Source of the DNA: Octopus sinensis
Lineage: Eukaryota
NCBI RefSeq assembly: GCF_006345805.1
Contig: NC_042998.1
Location: 37,696,001-37,760,000, forward strand
Reading direction: 5' to 3'
DNA length: 64,000 nucleotides
The translations under genes and the position numbers were made by a program. Below the pieces are notes generated by a model. That model ran no database searches. It was not told the origin of the DNA and was given only the letters and a program-made list of their open reading frames with translations. Of this stretch, positions 25,345 to 36,801 are shown in pieces. Position 1 is the stretch's first letter. Each line of letters begins with the position of its first letter.

Positions 25345-25585
25345 AGTGGTTGTCTTATGCAGTGTGTGACCCCTCCTGTACCTACAGAACCGTTATGGCT
25401 TCTGATGTGGCTTTTTAAACCAGACAATGTTTTGAAAAGACAACCACATAAATTGCATATCCGATTTGGACCACTAAAGTTCTTATCTTTGTGGAACTTA
25501 AAATGTCTTTTGAGACCGCCATTGGATTTGCAGACTTTCTGACATACCTTGCATTGAAAGGTGTGCACAGACATATAGGCAGAAT
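25345..25585 (-). mobile_element. LINE (RTE-like) 3' end encoding two C2H2 zinc fingers
   Basis: FQCKVCQKVCKSNGGLKRHFKFH and ICNLCGCLFKTLSGLKSHIRSH, followed by gacaaccac(TA)n tail. Confidence 0.65.
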
Positions 25586-25603
25586 AGATAGATATATAGA
25601 TAT

Positions 25604-25644
<41 letters not shown>

Positions 25645-25769
25645 TAGACAAAGAGAGAGGAGAGAAAGAATGATGAGCATTTAGCTTTTGCCAAACGCCA
25701 TGCACAAATGATTTGTTTATAGATATGAACTGTTCGTGACACACATTACCTCTCTCTTTCTCCATCAAA

Positions 25770-25943
25770 TCGACTTTGCCCGAGTAAGTGCTCCGTGTAC
25801 CACGTGTCAGGTGCCGAAGTGATCGCAAAGCAACGTGAGATGAAGTGTTTTGCTCAAGAACCCAACGCATCACACGGTCTAGCAACTGAAATCAGGATCA
25901 CTAGATCGTGAACGAAGCAACAGTCGAACTACACCACGCCTTC
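25770..25943 (-). mobile_element. SINE-V-like head, degenerate
   Basis: gcaacgtgagatgaagtgttttgctcaaga. Confidence 0.6.
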
Positions 25944-26211
25944 ACAATCTCTCTATAGTCTTTTATTCGTTTCAGCCACGCAGCTGAAGACAGCGTATAT
26001 ACACTTCTAACATGTAGGATGGGTTTTATTTTTTTCTGAATCTCTCGTCTCATTCAAAAACCACAGAATCATGCATGTCATCAGATCTATAAATACAAAA
26101 GTATAATATGGATTGCCATTTGAATTTAACAATGTTCAATTTCCTACAACAAGTTTTCATTCATATAAACATTCATACATGTATATATATATATATATAT
26201 ATACAAATATT

Positions 26212-26400
26212 AGTTGAAATTTATAGAAAAACAAATGACAAAGATAGGTGTATGAACAGTAAACAGGTGTATTAGTTTGACGCTCGGAAGAATGAGGAGG
26301 TCTTTTATGTTTCGAGCTTACGCTCTTCAGCAGAAAGGAATAGGACAAAACAAACTGAGAGAGAATGAAGAAAAACTTGTAGATTTCAGCTGTTCAGCGT
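26212..26400 (-). mobile_element. Penelope-pLTR-like mini-element family B with hammerhead motif at 26302-26337
   Basis: CUUU-CUGCUGAA-GAGC-GUAA-GCUC-GAAAC-AU-A-AAAG. Confidence 0.75.
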
Positions 26401-26743
26401 GTGTGTGTGTGTGTGGTGTGTGTGTGTGTGTGTGTGCACGCGCTCAAGGCGTAGCGATACCCAAGAACCTGATATTAGAGCTCAATATACATGTGCCTCA
26501 GAACAGAAAGGAAAACAAAATTTTGCGATGAACTTCAATAGGTTTCAGGTGTTTCTTCGTGTATGTAAATGATTTCCTAAATAAAATTGTACTTCATTTT
26601 TTAAGTTCCGGGGTAACTATTTGGTGATGCACAAGCAGTCAGCACTGAGTTCACTACCTCAGAAACAGCCGTAAGCTCAGGAAGTGTATTTCATAATTTT
26701 CTGCTTCAGTGATTTGCTCTCTCTTCTACTGTCTCTCTATGTA

Positions 26744-26778
<35 letters not shown>

Positions 26779-26949
26779 ATCAATGCTCATACTTTTATCC
26801 TGTTCTGCTTAAGTGTTGCCCTAATCCTTCAGAATTTAGATCGGGAGGGATTTTCATGGAATATGTCGTTCAGTACTATGTTACAAAATCTTGGAAATAT
26901 GTTTCCCCTTTGGTATTGTTAAAATGCTTGTCAGGAGTTTTTCTCGTGA

Positions 26950-27750
26950 TAGCTAAGTCTTTGTTGCTTTCGTTTTAAGGTGATGTAGGTTTTCAATCTC
27001 TATATCCAAACTATTTTGTATTTGGTTAGTTTATCTCTGATCCTTTTCCCGATATATTATCTGATGGAAACTCACATATATTAATTTACAGGTTTTGTGT
27101 TTCCCGTTCAGGTTTTATCTTTTTCCAGGGAAAGGAACTACAAAAAGCTATTACCATACATAGCTACAGGGAACTGACATGCCCGAAGGAGCAGGGTGGA
27201 AGTAAGGACCTTGGTTTTAATAACTTCGACGATCTGCGAATTCAGGTAAAACTTTTTAAGCTATGCATAGGCTGTTATGAAATGTATCTGAATTATACAC
27301 CAGTTTTTCCTTGTTGTATAATTAGGGGGTTTTTTCTAGTGTTATTTTAGTGTTTAGCACGTGTGGTGGTATTTGTGTTTTCTATGCCATTTAAAGTTAG
27401 TGATTATGTATAGAATGTGTGTGGGGTGTTTCATATTAGGTGGGGGTAATTGTGCAGAATGTCACTTCTGTGTGTTGTTATTATATTACACTTATTACAC
27501 TTATTATGTGTGATGTATCATTCTAATTTTGGCTGTGTGTCGTGCTTTTAGTGCCATTTAAATGGATGACAATTGCGTACGGTATATTTTTGTCGGCCAT
27601 GCACAATGTAGCGATTAAAGTGTGCTACTGAATTGAAAATCCCTTGCGTAAAATTTGTGTTGCGCTCAGACGGTCTTTTATATTCTCGCATTGTGTTAAG
27701 AGTTTTAATCTTTACTATGGTCGATTTGCGTCTTACTAAATGCGGTTTTA
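26950..27750 (-). mobile_element. Penelope-like element remnant (GIY-YIG region)
   Basis: Degenerate peptides KIYRTQLSS.W.LK and IVWI*RLKTY resemble the PLE endonuclease C-terminus; an inverted hammerhead-bearing piece abuts at 27761. Confidence 0.45.
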
Positions 27751-27949
27751 TTTATCCTTAGTATACTGATGATTATTGATACATCGAACAGCGAAAACGT
27801 TACAAGCAAAGAGGGTGGCTTTACCCAGGGATATGATATGGAAAGCTATCCATAAAATATTGGGCAGTGACACCGTTCGCATTCATACTTTCCGTTTTAT
27901 TTTGTCACAGCTTTCATTTGGTCAAGCTAAAGCGTCTCTTCTTTTGTAG

Positions 27950-28900
27950 AAGTCATGCGTTCCATTTGGAAAATTCTGATTGCAGCCAACACCTTAGCAA
28001 ACATGTCTGATAATGAGGATGCGGTATCTGGCAGAATTTTGGAATGTGTGAAAGTATAACCGCCAATTTTAAGAAAATATTACCTGAGGCTGGTCTCTTT
28101 GGCGGAGCTGCAGTTTGGGAGCTAGGGATGTTCAATTTTACGCGATGATATCTGAATCGACAACTATCAGTCACTCCTGTTATTCGGCTCTGGTAAGTGA
28201 ACGCCTGGTATTTTACAGAAGGTTAGTACTTTTGAGCAAATACTATAATATTCGCAGGAGACACTGATCTTCAGCGAGAATTACCTGTACAGCCAATTCA
28301 CGAGGGTTTTCATCCTGGGGTTCCATATCTGGAAATCCTACTAAAGTGCGCTAACTATGGTAGGATGACGTCTATAGGTACAGTAGCACCGCCATCCGAG
28401 ATTTCCACATTTTGTGTAGGTGAAGAAATTTTACAGTGTGCACTGCTCATGCGTGGGACATGGATAATTTTTTTTGGGGGGGGGGGGTATGCAGAACAGC
28501 TGTTTCCGCGAGTAGCATGGCTCCGGCGATCATTTTAGAATAACATGACGGTCGTTCCAACATCTACAATTGATCTCATAACAAATTTTCCTCTGTCAGA
28601 AAAACAAGTAAGTTTCCTTTTTCGGCCCAACTCACATCGACTGTCTCAAATTGTGCTCTGGGACGAGAGTGAGAGGGGATACAGAGGTCCGATTAATTTA
28701 GCGAGACATTGCTAAAGGTCACATGAATAATCGTGAGAGAACGCCCTTCCTTTTGCTTGTTAGAGTAAACTTGGATCTGTGAGGTTCGTTGGTTGCCTCT
28801 CCTCCTGCTTACTTCAACGCATCCAAATCATTTTCATAATCGCTTCTGAGCAAACATTGCTCATTCGCCATTCTAGTGTTCATTTCATTCGTCTCCCTTG
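27950..28900 (-). mobile_element. Possible Ty3/Gypsy pol remnant
   Basis: Protease-like FVMRSIVDVGTTVMLF and weak RT-like PD...SDMFAKVL...IF; heavily decayed. Confidence 0.3.
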
Positions 28901-28974
28901 TATAAATCATCATTGTTATAATAATAATTATTATTATTATTATTAGTAGTAGTAGTATTTTTATTATTATTATT

Positions 28975-29524
28975 ATTGGAAGCTATGCAAACATTATGGA
29001 ATAACAACAGGAAAAAGATGGTATAGGCACACTCCAGAAAAGGTCACAGAAAACGAGAAAGCAACCATACTCTGGGGTATGCCAATACACACAATAGAGA
29101 AATTAAGGCCAACAGGCCAGATATAGTTGTCAGAGATCGTGAAGAAAAAAATGCTTTCTAATTGATGTATCAATACCAGCAGATGACAACGTGTCTCTAA
29201 AAGAAATGGAGAAACTTTCAAAATACAAAGATCTGGAAATAGAGGTAACTCGAATGTGGAATCTAAAAGCAGAAACAATTTCTATCATAGTAGGTGCATT
29301 AGGTATGATAAAAAATTATTCAGACAAATACATAACAAAAACACCAGGACTTATAAACACATATAACATACAGAAAATTGCACTACTGGGCACTGCACAC
29401 ATCCTACGCAGAACACTTTCAATACAGTAACCATCAGAGCATCACAATAAATCACAGCACATACCCAAGGCACAAAGAGCTGCGCTCGGTAGTGAAGTGA
29501 AAGCACGCTATAAAAATAAAACTA

Positions 29525-29587
<63 letters not shown>
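28975..29587 (+). mobile_element. R4/Dong-type RLE retrotransposon 3' end with (AAT)n tail
   Basis: YWKLCKHYG..WY.H.PEKVTENEKATILW...ANRPDIVV...LIDVSIP...KLSKYKDL...IQKIALLGTAHILRRTL*; tail about 29528-29587. Confidence 0.92.
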
Positions 29588-29588
<1 letters not shown>

Positions 29589-29623
29589 TGGCAGGCACTG
29601 CTCTCTCACTCAATAATAATAAA

Positions 29624-30194
29624 CTGACAAACTAACAGAAAGATAGATTATATTGAAATACTTTAGACAAAAATCATGCTTCCTCATTGATATGACTGTC
29701 CCAATCAATATAAATATATGCATCAAAACTTACCAAAAACTGAGCAAGTATAAAGATCTTGAAATAGAAATTGGCAAAATGTGGAACCTCAAGACTAAAA
29801 CAATATCTGTTGTCATAGGTACCCTAGGAATGATAGCAAAAGGGGCTGATTCCTACATAGCTCAGGTACCAGGAAAATCCAAAACAGCAGAAATTCAAAA
29901 GATAGCGCTCATGGGAACTGCCCATAATCTACGTAAAATACTGTCTATGTAATTTCAAATTTTAAAACAAACTCATGATTTTCTTGTTTTCTTAAACATT
30001 CTCTAGAACAATACTATGTACAAAACTAAATAAATGACACCCTAGGCATAATACCAACTTGAATTTATAACTTGCCTGTTGAGGTCTCTGAGTAAGACTT
30101 GGAGTTAACTTGTACAAATACTAAGCATAAGTCAAACATATAATAATAATAATAATGATAATAATAATAACAATAATAGTAGTAATAATAATAA
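29624..30194 (+). mobile_element. Second R4/Dong-type family 3' end
   Basis: CFLIDMTVP...KLSKYKDLEIEIGKMW...IQKIALMGTAHNLRKILSM*; different 3'UTR; (AAT)n tail. Confidence 0.9.
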
Positions 30195-30418
30195 GTTTCA
30201 AACTTTGACACAGTGCCAACAATCTTATGATTGCGAGTAAGTCAATGAAATCGACTCCAGTGTTCAATTGGTACTTATTTTATCGATCCTGAGAAGATAA
30301 AAGGCTAGGTCGATTTCGGTGGCATTTAAACTCAAATTATAAAAACGGACGAAATGCCGCTGTGCATTTAATCCGGTGTGCTAACCATTCCGCCAGCTCA
30401 CTACTTCTCGCCGCCTTA
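30195..30418 (-). mobile_element. SINE-M2
   Basis: tttcaaactttgacacagtgccaac tail through ctcgccgcctt head. Confidence 0.8.
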
Positions 30419-31790
30419 TGATAATTCAATACCTTTTCGTAATACTTCTTAAACAATATCTCTCTTACCTCTAACTGCCTGTGTGTATCCCCTCTCTCCC
30501 TCTCTCTCTCTCTCTCATGTCTCTGTATATTTGTGTATAGCCAAAGATTGTATCCAGCAGAGAGAACCTTGAAAGATCTGTAAATTTTAAATTAATTGTT
30601 CCATCATGCCTGTCTTTACCGCTTTCAGATATGCACTCGGTGATTTGTTATTCTTCATCATTTTCCATTTGGAAATAAATAAATAAACGTGGAATCTCCT
30701 ACGCTGCGTGACATCGTTCTGCGTAATGCCTGGTATTTTAATATTACATTTGACCTATTTATTTTAGGAATGTTTAAATTAAACTATATTTAGAATTTCA
30801 AATTGTAAACTAGAAAATTCAAACAGCATGTCCCTAATGCATTTCTGGTCATATTGAAATCTATATACATCAAATAAGAAAGAGAGTTTTCTTTCCAGCA
30901 TGCTCCTACGTTTGCGAATATTAGCTTCGTGTGTAACTGCATGGCTAATAGCTATATTACACCGTCTCGTCTTACTTTAGAAGACAACTGTGGAGTTAAA
31001 AATAGAACTATTGAACGTGGTTTAGCCTATTTGTTACGCAGCATGATGGTATTTGATTTTCTTTTTACCATTCAATTAGTAGTTAATTTACGTGATTAGT
31101 GAGTTTGGAGTGGCTAATTCAGTAGAACTTTGTACTAAACGTCTTATAACAACATTATTTTCAACATTTATATTCCGACTTCAAATCGCGCTGATGTTGT
31201 TTGATTTTATCTTTTAAGCCAATTTTCATGCGTGTTTGTATGATAACAAGTGATTAAGCTGTAATAGTAACGATATTTTCAGTAGCTTGTGAGTGGTGAT
31301 TGTAAGTAAATTATATTTAATAAACTGTGTCAGACTCGGTGTTCTGGAAGATTAACCCTTATAATAAAGAATTTGAAACTATATACATTTTTGTAAGTGA
31401 ATGACAAATTCTTATTTAACCATAAAAATAGAAGACTTCCTGTATTACAAAAACAAATGTGTTTCATTTATGTCTAAAGATGCACTTACATTCTTAGATG
31501 GGGATCGTGTGTTTAAAATTCTTGGCGAAAACTCCTTCAGTTATTCCTGCAATATGAGTAAAATTTACAAAATATTAAGCACTTAGAGTGTAGCCTAAGA
31601 GGTAGAGGTGGAATGACAGTTATATTCTGACATCGATGAGTTCAAACCAATAAATTCATTACTCAGTAAAGAAATGGATCGGTTTGTAAATATTTTTGAT
31701 GGCAAGATACTATTTACTGATGCGAAATCATCGTGAAAATCTTTGACAGTTTTACATATTTCACAAAAATGTTTTGCAAGCCTCAACATG

Positions 31791-32104
31791 GAGTAACGAT
31801 TTTTGCCAATATAACATGGCAGTCTTGGTTTAGGACGAATGTTGCTGTAATTTAGCCCCAGGAGACACGACCTGAGTCCTTATATTTTCGAACAAGGGAA
31901 TCTAGCACCCCCCACCCCCCCGCCATCAGCTCAAAACAATATCTGTGTATCGCGATTTCCGGGTTATTTCCCATCATCAGCACAGAATAGATGTTCGGCT
32001 AGAGGTGGCGCTGCCAAACTCCCGCTCGAAATACATAGTTTTCAAAGTGGCAACTAATCACTGATTTATAAATTAGAAAAGAGTAATTTTCTAAACATCA
32101 ACAT
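31791..32104 (-). mobile_element. 314-bp hammerhead-bearing insert (PLE-pLTR-like) between 42-bp direct repeats
   Basis: Repeats at 31749-31790 and 32105-32146 (2 mismatches); ribozyme motif at 31942-31986. Confidence 0.65.
31942..31986 (-). ncRNA. Type-I hammerhead ribozyme (family E)
   Basis: UCUGUG-CUGAUGA-UGGG-AAAUAA-CCCG-GAA-AUCGCGAU-A-CACAGA. Confidence 0.75.
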
Positions 32105-32573
32105 GTTTTACATATTTCACAAAAATGCTTTGCAGGCCTCAACATGACGCAAATAATGAAACAGCTGTCTGTTTTCTAAATGCTACAACTACCACTTAAT
32201 CCTCGATTTAATAGGAAAGAATAACTACTTTTCACAAATGATTTTATTGTTCGTCAAATAAAGTGTATTGTTGAGTATATATAAGAGGCGTATCACTTTA
32301 TATCCAAGTATAATGCTACAGAATTAAGAGCTATGTATTTAAAACTACGACGTTCATCATATGAACTGCAACACTTTTTTCGTAAGTCTGAAAATAGTAG
32401 CACGTTGTATTATAGTTTCTAAGTTATACGCACAAATTAAATACCAGATTTATACAAGTTGGTAAATTATACTTGTTCAAATGCTCATATGCTCGCACAA
32501 GATGTTTGTATGCAGAGTATTACGATTTGTAACAAAAGAAATGCAGCAGCAGGAGGGTTAGAGGAAACGGATT

Positions 32574-32935
32574 GGGAGGAGCAATGGCCCAATGGTTAGG
32601 GCAGCGGACTCGCGGTCGGAGGATCGCGGTTTCGATTCCCAGACCGGGCGTTGTGTGTGTTTATTGAGCGAAAACACCTAAAGCTCCACGAGGCTCCAGC
32701 AGGGGGTGGTGGTGACCCCTGTTGTACTCTTTCGCTCCAACTTTCTCTCACTTTTTCTTCCTGTTTCTTGTCCCCAACTTCCTACGCAACCGCTGAGCCT
32801 GGATGCGCATTCATCCATCCGTCGATGCTTTCTCTTCTACGGGTCTTACGAATAGCAAAGAACCACGTTTCGGACTTCTCCCACTGGGACGAAGACAGCT
32901 TCGCTCAACAAACAAACAAACAAGCAAACAAGCAA
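32574..32935 (+). mobile_element. SINE-R with alternative 3' tail ending in (CAAA)n
   Basis: First ~190 bp match 9562; the tail is unrelated. Confidence 0.85.
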
Positions 32936-33278
32936 CAGCAGGAGATGTTGTTATTGTGTTCGTTGTTGTAGGACCAGGAACTGTTTATGCTGTGCAATAG
33001 CAATGTATGGACCGTTGCATGGTGTAATAATATTTTTAAAATGAAAAACCGCAAAGTAAGCGTTTAGTACACAGAGTTTGTCGTTGATAACACTCTCCAT
33101 GTATCGTATGCGCCCACCAACAAGAAAACCGATGAACTGCGTCCGAAAGTCGAAACGAGTTCCTTGGTATTAGGTTTTACAATAGAACATTTTTTCATGC
33201 TAATATTTATACTAATATTTAGTGTATGTTGACAGCAGGGTCGGGTGCAGATAAATAGATATGTAAATAGAAATATTG

Positions 33279-33460
33279 ATTTCAAATTTTGGCACAAGGC
33301 CAGAAATTTTGAGGGAGAGGATAAGTCGATTACATCGCACCCCAGTACACAACTGGTACTTATTTTATCGACTCTTAAAATTGACCTCTGAAGGATTTGA
33401 ACACAATGTAAAGACGGACGAAATACCACTAAGCATTTTTTCCGGCTCACTACCATTCTG
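33279..33460 (-). mobile_element. SINE-M2
   Basis: ttcaaattttggcacaaggccag...aagtcgattacatcg. Confidence 0.8.
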
Positions 33461-33758
33461 TGCATATGAATATTAAAGGGGAACAAAAAAATGTTCCTTT
33501 GTCCCTTTATTTATCCTTGAAATTTACTTAGGAGGAACAGTGCTCCGAAATTCTTTACGTATTGCGAGAATATAATTTCATAAAAAATACAAAACATTTA
33601 CCAAACTGCAGAACATATTACTGACAGATTATGTGACAAAAAAAGTTCAATGTAAGCGTAAAAGTTGAGAATTTCGTGGTCCAAACTGGAACACAACCGC
33701 GCCAAGCCTTCGTTAACAAGAAGACATGCAAGTCATTAAAAACTGCATACGAGATAAT

Positions 33759-34146
33759 TATTTCTTTATTGCCCACAGGGGGTTAAACATAGAGGGACAT
33801 ACAAGGACATTCAAGGGGATTAAGTTGATTACATCGACGCCAGCGCATAACTGGTGCTTATTTTATCGACCTCGGAAGAATTTGAACTTAGGACGGTACG
33901 GCAATCGAAATACCTATTTCTTTACTACCCACAAAGGGCTAAACACAGAGAGGACAAACAAAGACAGACAAACGGATTAAGTCGATGATATCGACCCCAG
34001 TGCGTAACTGGTACTTATGTTAGCGACTCCGAAAGGATTAAAGGCAAAGTCGACCTCGGCAGAATTTGAACTTAGAACGTAATGGCAATCGAAATACCGC
34101 TAAGAATTTTACCCGGCGTGCTAACGTTTCTGCCAGCTCGCCGCCC
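33759..34146 (-). mobile_element. SINE-M 1.7-mer (full monomer plus 5'-truncated monomer)
   Basis: Junction gaaatacc|tatttc at 33907-33920; TSD-like ctgcatacga(g/a)ata at 33743-33756 and 34146-34159. Confidence 0.88.
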
Positions 34147-34554
34147 TGCATACGAAATATTATTAGATAGACAAACATTAGCTAACAGTGCTTAAGTTCG
34201 ATGGAAAATTCCATGAAAATTAGGATAAGTAAGGAAGCTCACTAATCGCAAAATACAAACAAGCCAAAATATAACCGGCGTTGACTATTTTTACGTCATT
34301 CCTTTTTTCTCATGGTACTTTGCGACTTACGGCAAAGCGCACGAACAGCACAACGCTAATTAATTTTGATGACAAGAATACAAAGGTAGTGATGCAATTA
34401 CTCTACTGAATTTAGGAATGTCACTGGTCGGACTAAAGAAAGATGCCTAATGCAATGCAAAGAAGCATTGATACAAAGAACTGAATAATAATTATGCCTC
34501 ACGAATATATATGCAAATATATGTGTGTACCCCTCTGCTTATATATCGCGCAGT

Positions 34555-34912
34555 GTTTCGCAACCGCATGGTTCCAGGTTCAGTGCATGGCAAATTGGGA
34601 TAGTGTCGCCTACTATAGCCTAGAGTCGACCAAAGCCTTGTCAGTGGATTTGGTAGACGGAAACTGAAAGAAGCCCGTCATATTTATGTGTGTGCGAGTG
34701 TGGCTATGGTTGTGTTTCTTTCCCCATCACCGCTTGATAACCGGTGTTAGTATGTTTATGTTACCATAACTTAGCTGTTCGGCAAAAGGATCCGATAGAA
34801 TCAGTACTAGACTTTAAAAAAATGTTCTGAGGTCAATTTGTTCGACTACAACTTTTCAAGGCGATGCTCCAGCAGAGCCGCAGTTAACTGACTAAAACAA
34901 TAAAAGAATAAG
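34555..34912 (+). mobile_element. SINE-C
   Basis: caaccgcatggttccagg...gacggaaactgaaagaagcccgtc...gctccagcagagccgcag. Confidence 0.8.
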
Positions 34913-34935
34913 AAAACAATATATATATACACACA

Positions 34936-34979
<44 letters not shown>

Positions 34980-35254
34980 ATATATTATTCTACCAAGTAT
35001 ATACGTTTTTTTTATTATTTTGCAATTTACTTAATCATCGGTATATTATTGTTATTTTAATATTTCTATTATATGTACTTTTTTTAGATGGTGTAATTTA
35101 TTGTTCATTTTGAATTGATAAAAGGTGTTTTTTTCTAATTTTTATATATATATTATATTTTGTGAAATTTCGTTTAGTATTTCTAAATTGAATTTTTCCC
35201 TGTAATTTAGGAATAATATTCACTCAAATCATCATTATTATTATCATTTTTTTT

Positions 35255-35388
35255 TTTTCACTTGTTTCAGTCATTTGACTGCGGCCATGCTGGAGCACCA
35301 CCTTCAGTCGAGCAAATCGACCCCGGGACTTATTCTTTGTAAGCCCAGTACTTATTCTATCGGTCTCTTTTGCCGAACCGCTAAGTGA
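35255..35388 (-). mobile_element. SINE-C 3' tail, little diverged
   Basis: cttgtttcagtcatttgactgcggccatgctggagcacc...gaaccgctaagt. Confidence 0.88.
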
Positions 35389-35733
35389 TATATATATATA
35401 TATATATATATATCCATACACGTATCTTTTCCTGGTTCCAGATATAAGGCCCCTTGCTGACTCATTAAAAGCAAATATGCTGAAAGGGCAATGGAAATAC
35501 ATAGAAACGGTGTAGATATATGTTAAACACTTTTCATCATGCTGTACTTCATTCTTCCATTTATTCATAATTGGCCGATTAATTTTCAATTTATCAAATT
35601 TCTCAGTTATGTGGGCTTCTGTCTAATTAGATTCCATCTATCACTTGCGATTACATGGGCCACGTGTGACAACCCCTCTTTTCATTATATTCAGATTTTC
35701 TCATCACGTTCTTTCAGTCATTTTTATTCACAT

Positions 35734-35767
<34 letters not shown>

Positions 35768-35988
35768 CACGCACACACACGCACATACACACACACACTC
35801 ATATATAAGTGACGTAGGGTATTAAACAGCACCAGCTATTGCTAAAACAAGAGGTAATACAACTCGAAAGGTGCAAAATCTCTGTCTTTGAGGTTTTTGA
35901 GTTGTTTTCTGACCCCTATGAATTTGCTAATAAGCCACCCATTTAATTTGTTATTTATACACACATACATATACACACACATACATAT

Positions 35989-36041
<53 letters not shown>

Positions 36042-36049
36042 TATACATA

Positions 36050-36283
36050 CCTATTTCTTTACTACCCACAAGGGGCTAAACACAGAGAGGACAAACAAGG
36101 ACAGACAAACGGATTAAGTCGTTTAAATCGACCCCAGTGCGTAACTGGTACTTATTTAATCGACCCCGAAAGGATGAAAAGCAAAGTCGACCTCGGCGGA
36201 ATTTGAACTCAGAACGTAGCGGCAGACGAAATACGGCTAAGCATTTCGCCCGGCGTGCTAAATTTCTGCCAGCTCGCCGCCTT
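36050..36283 (-). mobile_element. SINE-M, full length, near consensus
   Basis: cctatttctttactacccacaagggg...gctcgccgcctt. Confidence 0.95.
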
Positions 36284-36338
36284 ACTATATATGTAAGGTA
36301 TATACATACTATATATATGTATGTATATACCTTAGATA

Positions 36339-36555
36339 TACGAGAGGTGCTGAAAAGTTTCTAGATTTAAAGGTATCGCGAAACGCCTGACTGAAGGCCC
36401 AAACTTCCGAGTTTTCTTATAGGGCTTAGAAAAATTGTAAGACCGCTGCAATAAGTGTGCGAATCTGAGAGGGGAATATGTTGAATGAAATCATGATTAA
36501 CTGAACCACCTGTATTTTTTTACTCAAAGCTAGGAAAGTTCCAGCACTGCGCGTG
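36339..36555. mobile_element. Mariner-derived MITE
   Basis: tacgagaggtgctgaaaagttt left TIR with decayed aggaaagttccagcac right TIR; interior reads GLEKL*DRCNKCANLRGEYVE* (mariner C-terminus). Confidence 0.75.
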
Positions 36556-36598
36556 CGCGTGTGGTTGTGTGTATGTACATTGCATTATTTATATATAA

Positions 36599-36635
<37 letters not shown>

Positions 36636-36729
36636 CACAAAAATACACACACATATATATGTATACATACATATAGATATTTATGTACATATATGTCTGT
36701 GTATAGCTATATATATCCTTATCTATCTA

Positions 36730-36792
<63 letters not shown>

Positions 36793-36801
36793 ATATATAT
36801 A

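Noticed and set aside
25323-25742. Stand-alone C2H2 zinc-finger gene
   Set aside because: The N-terminal half is microsatellite and SINE sequence, and the fingers end at a LINE-like TA tail
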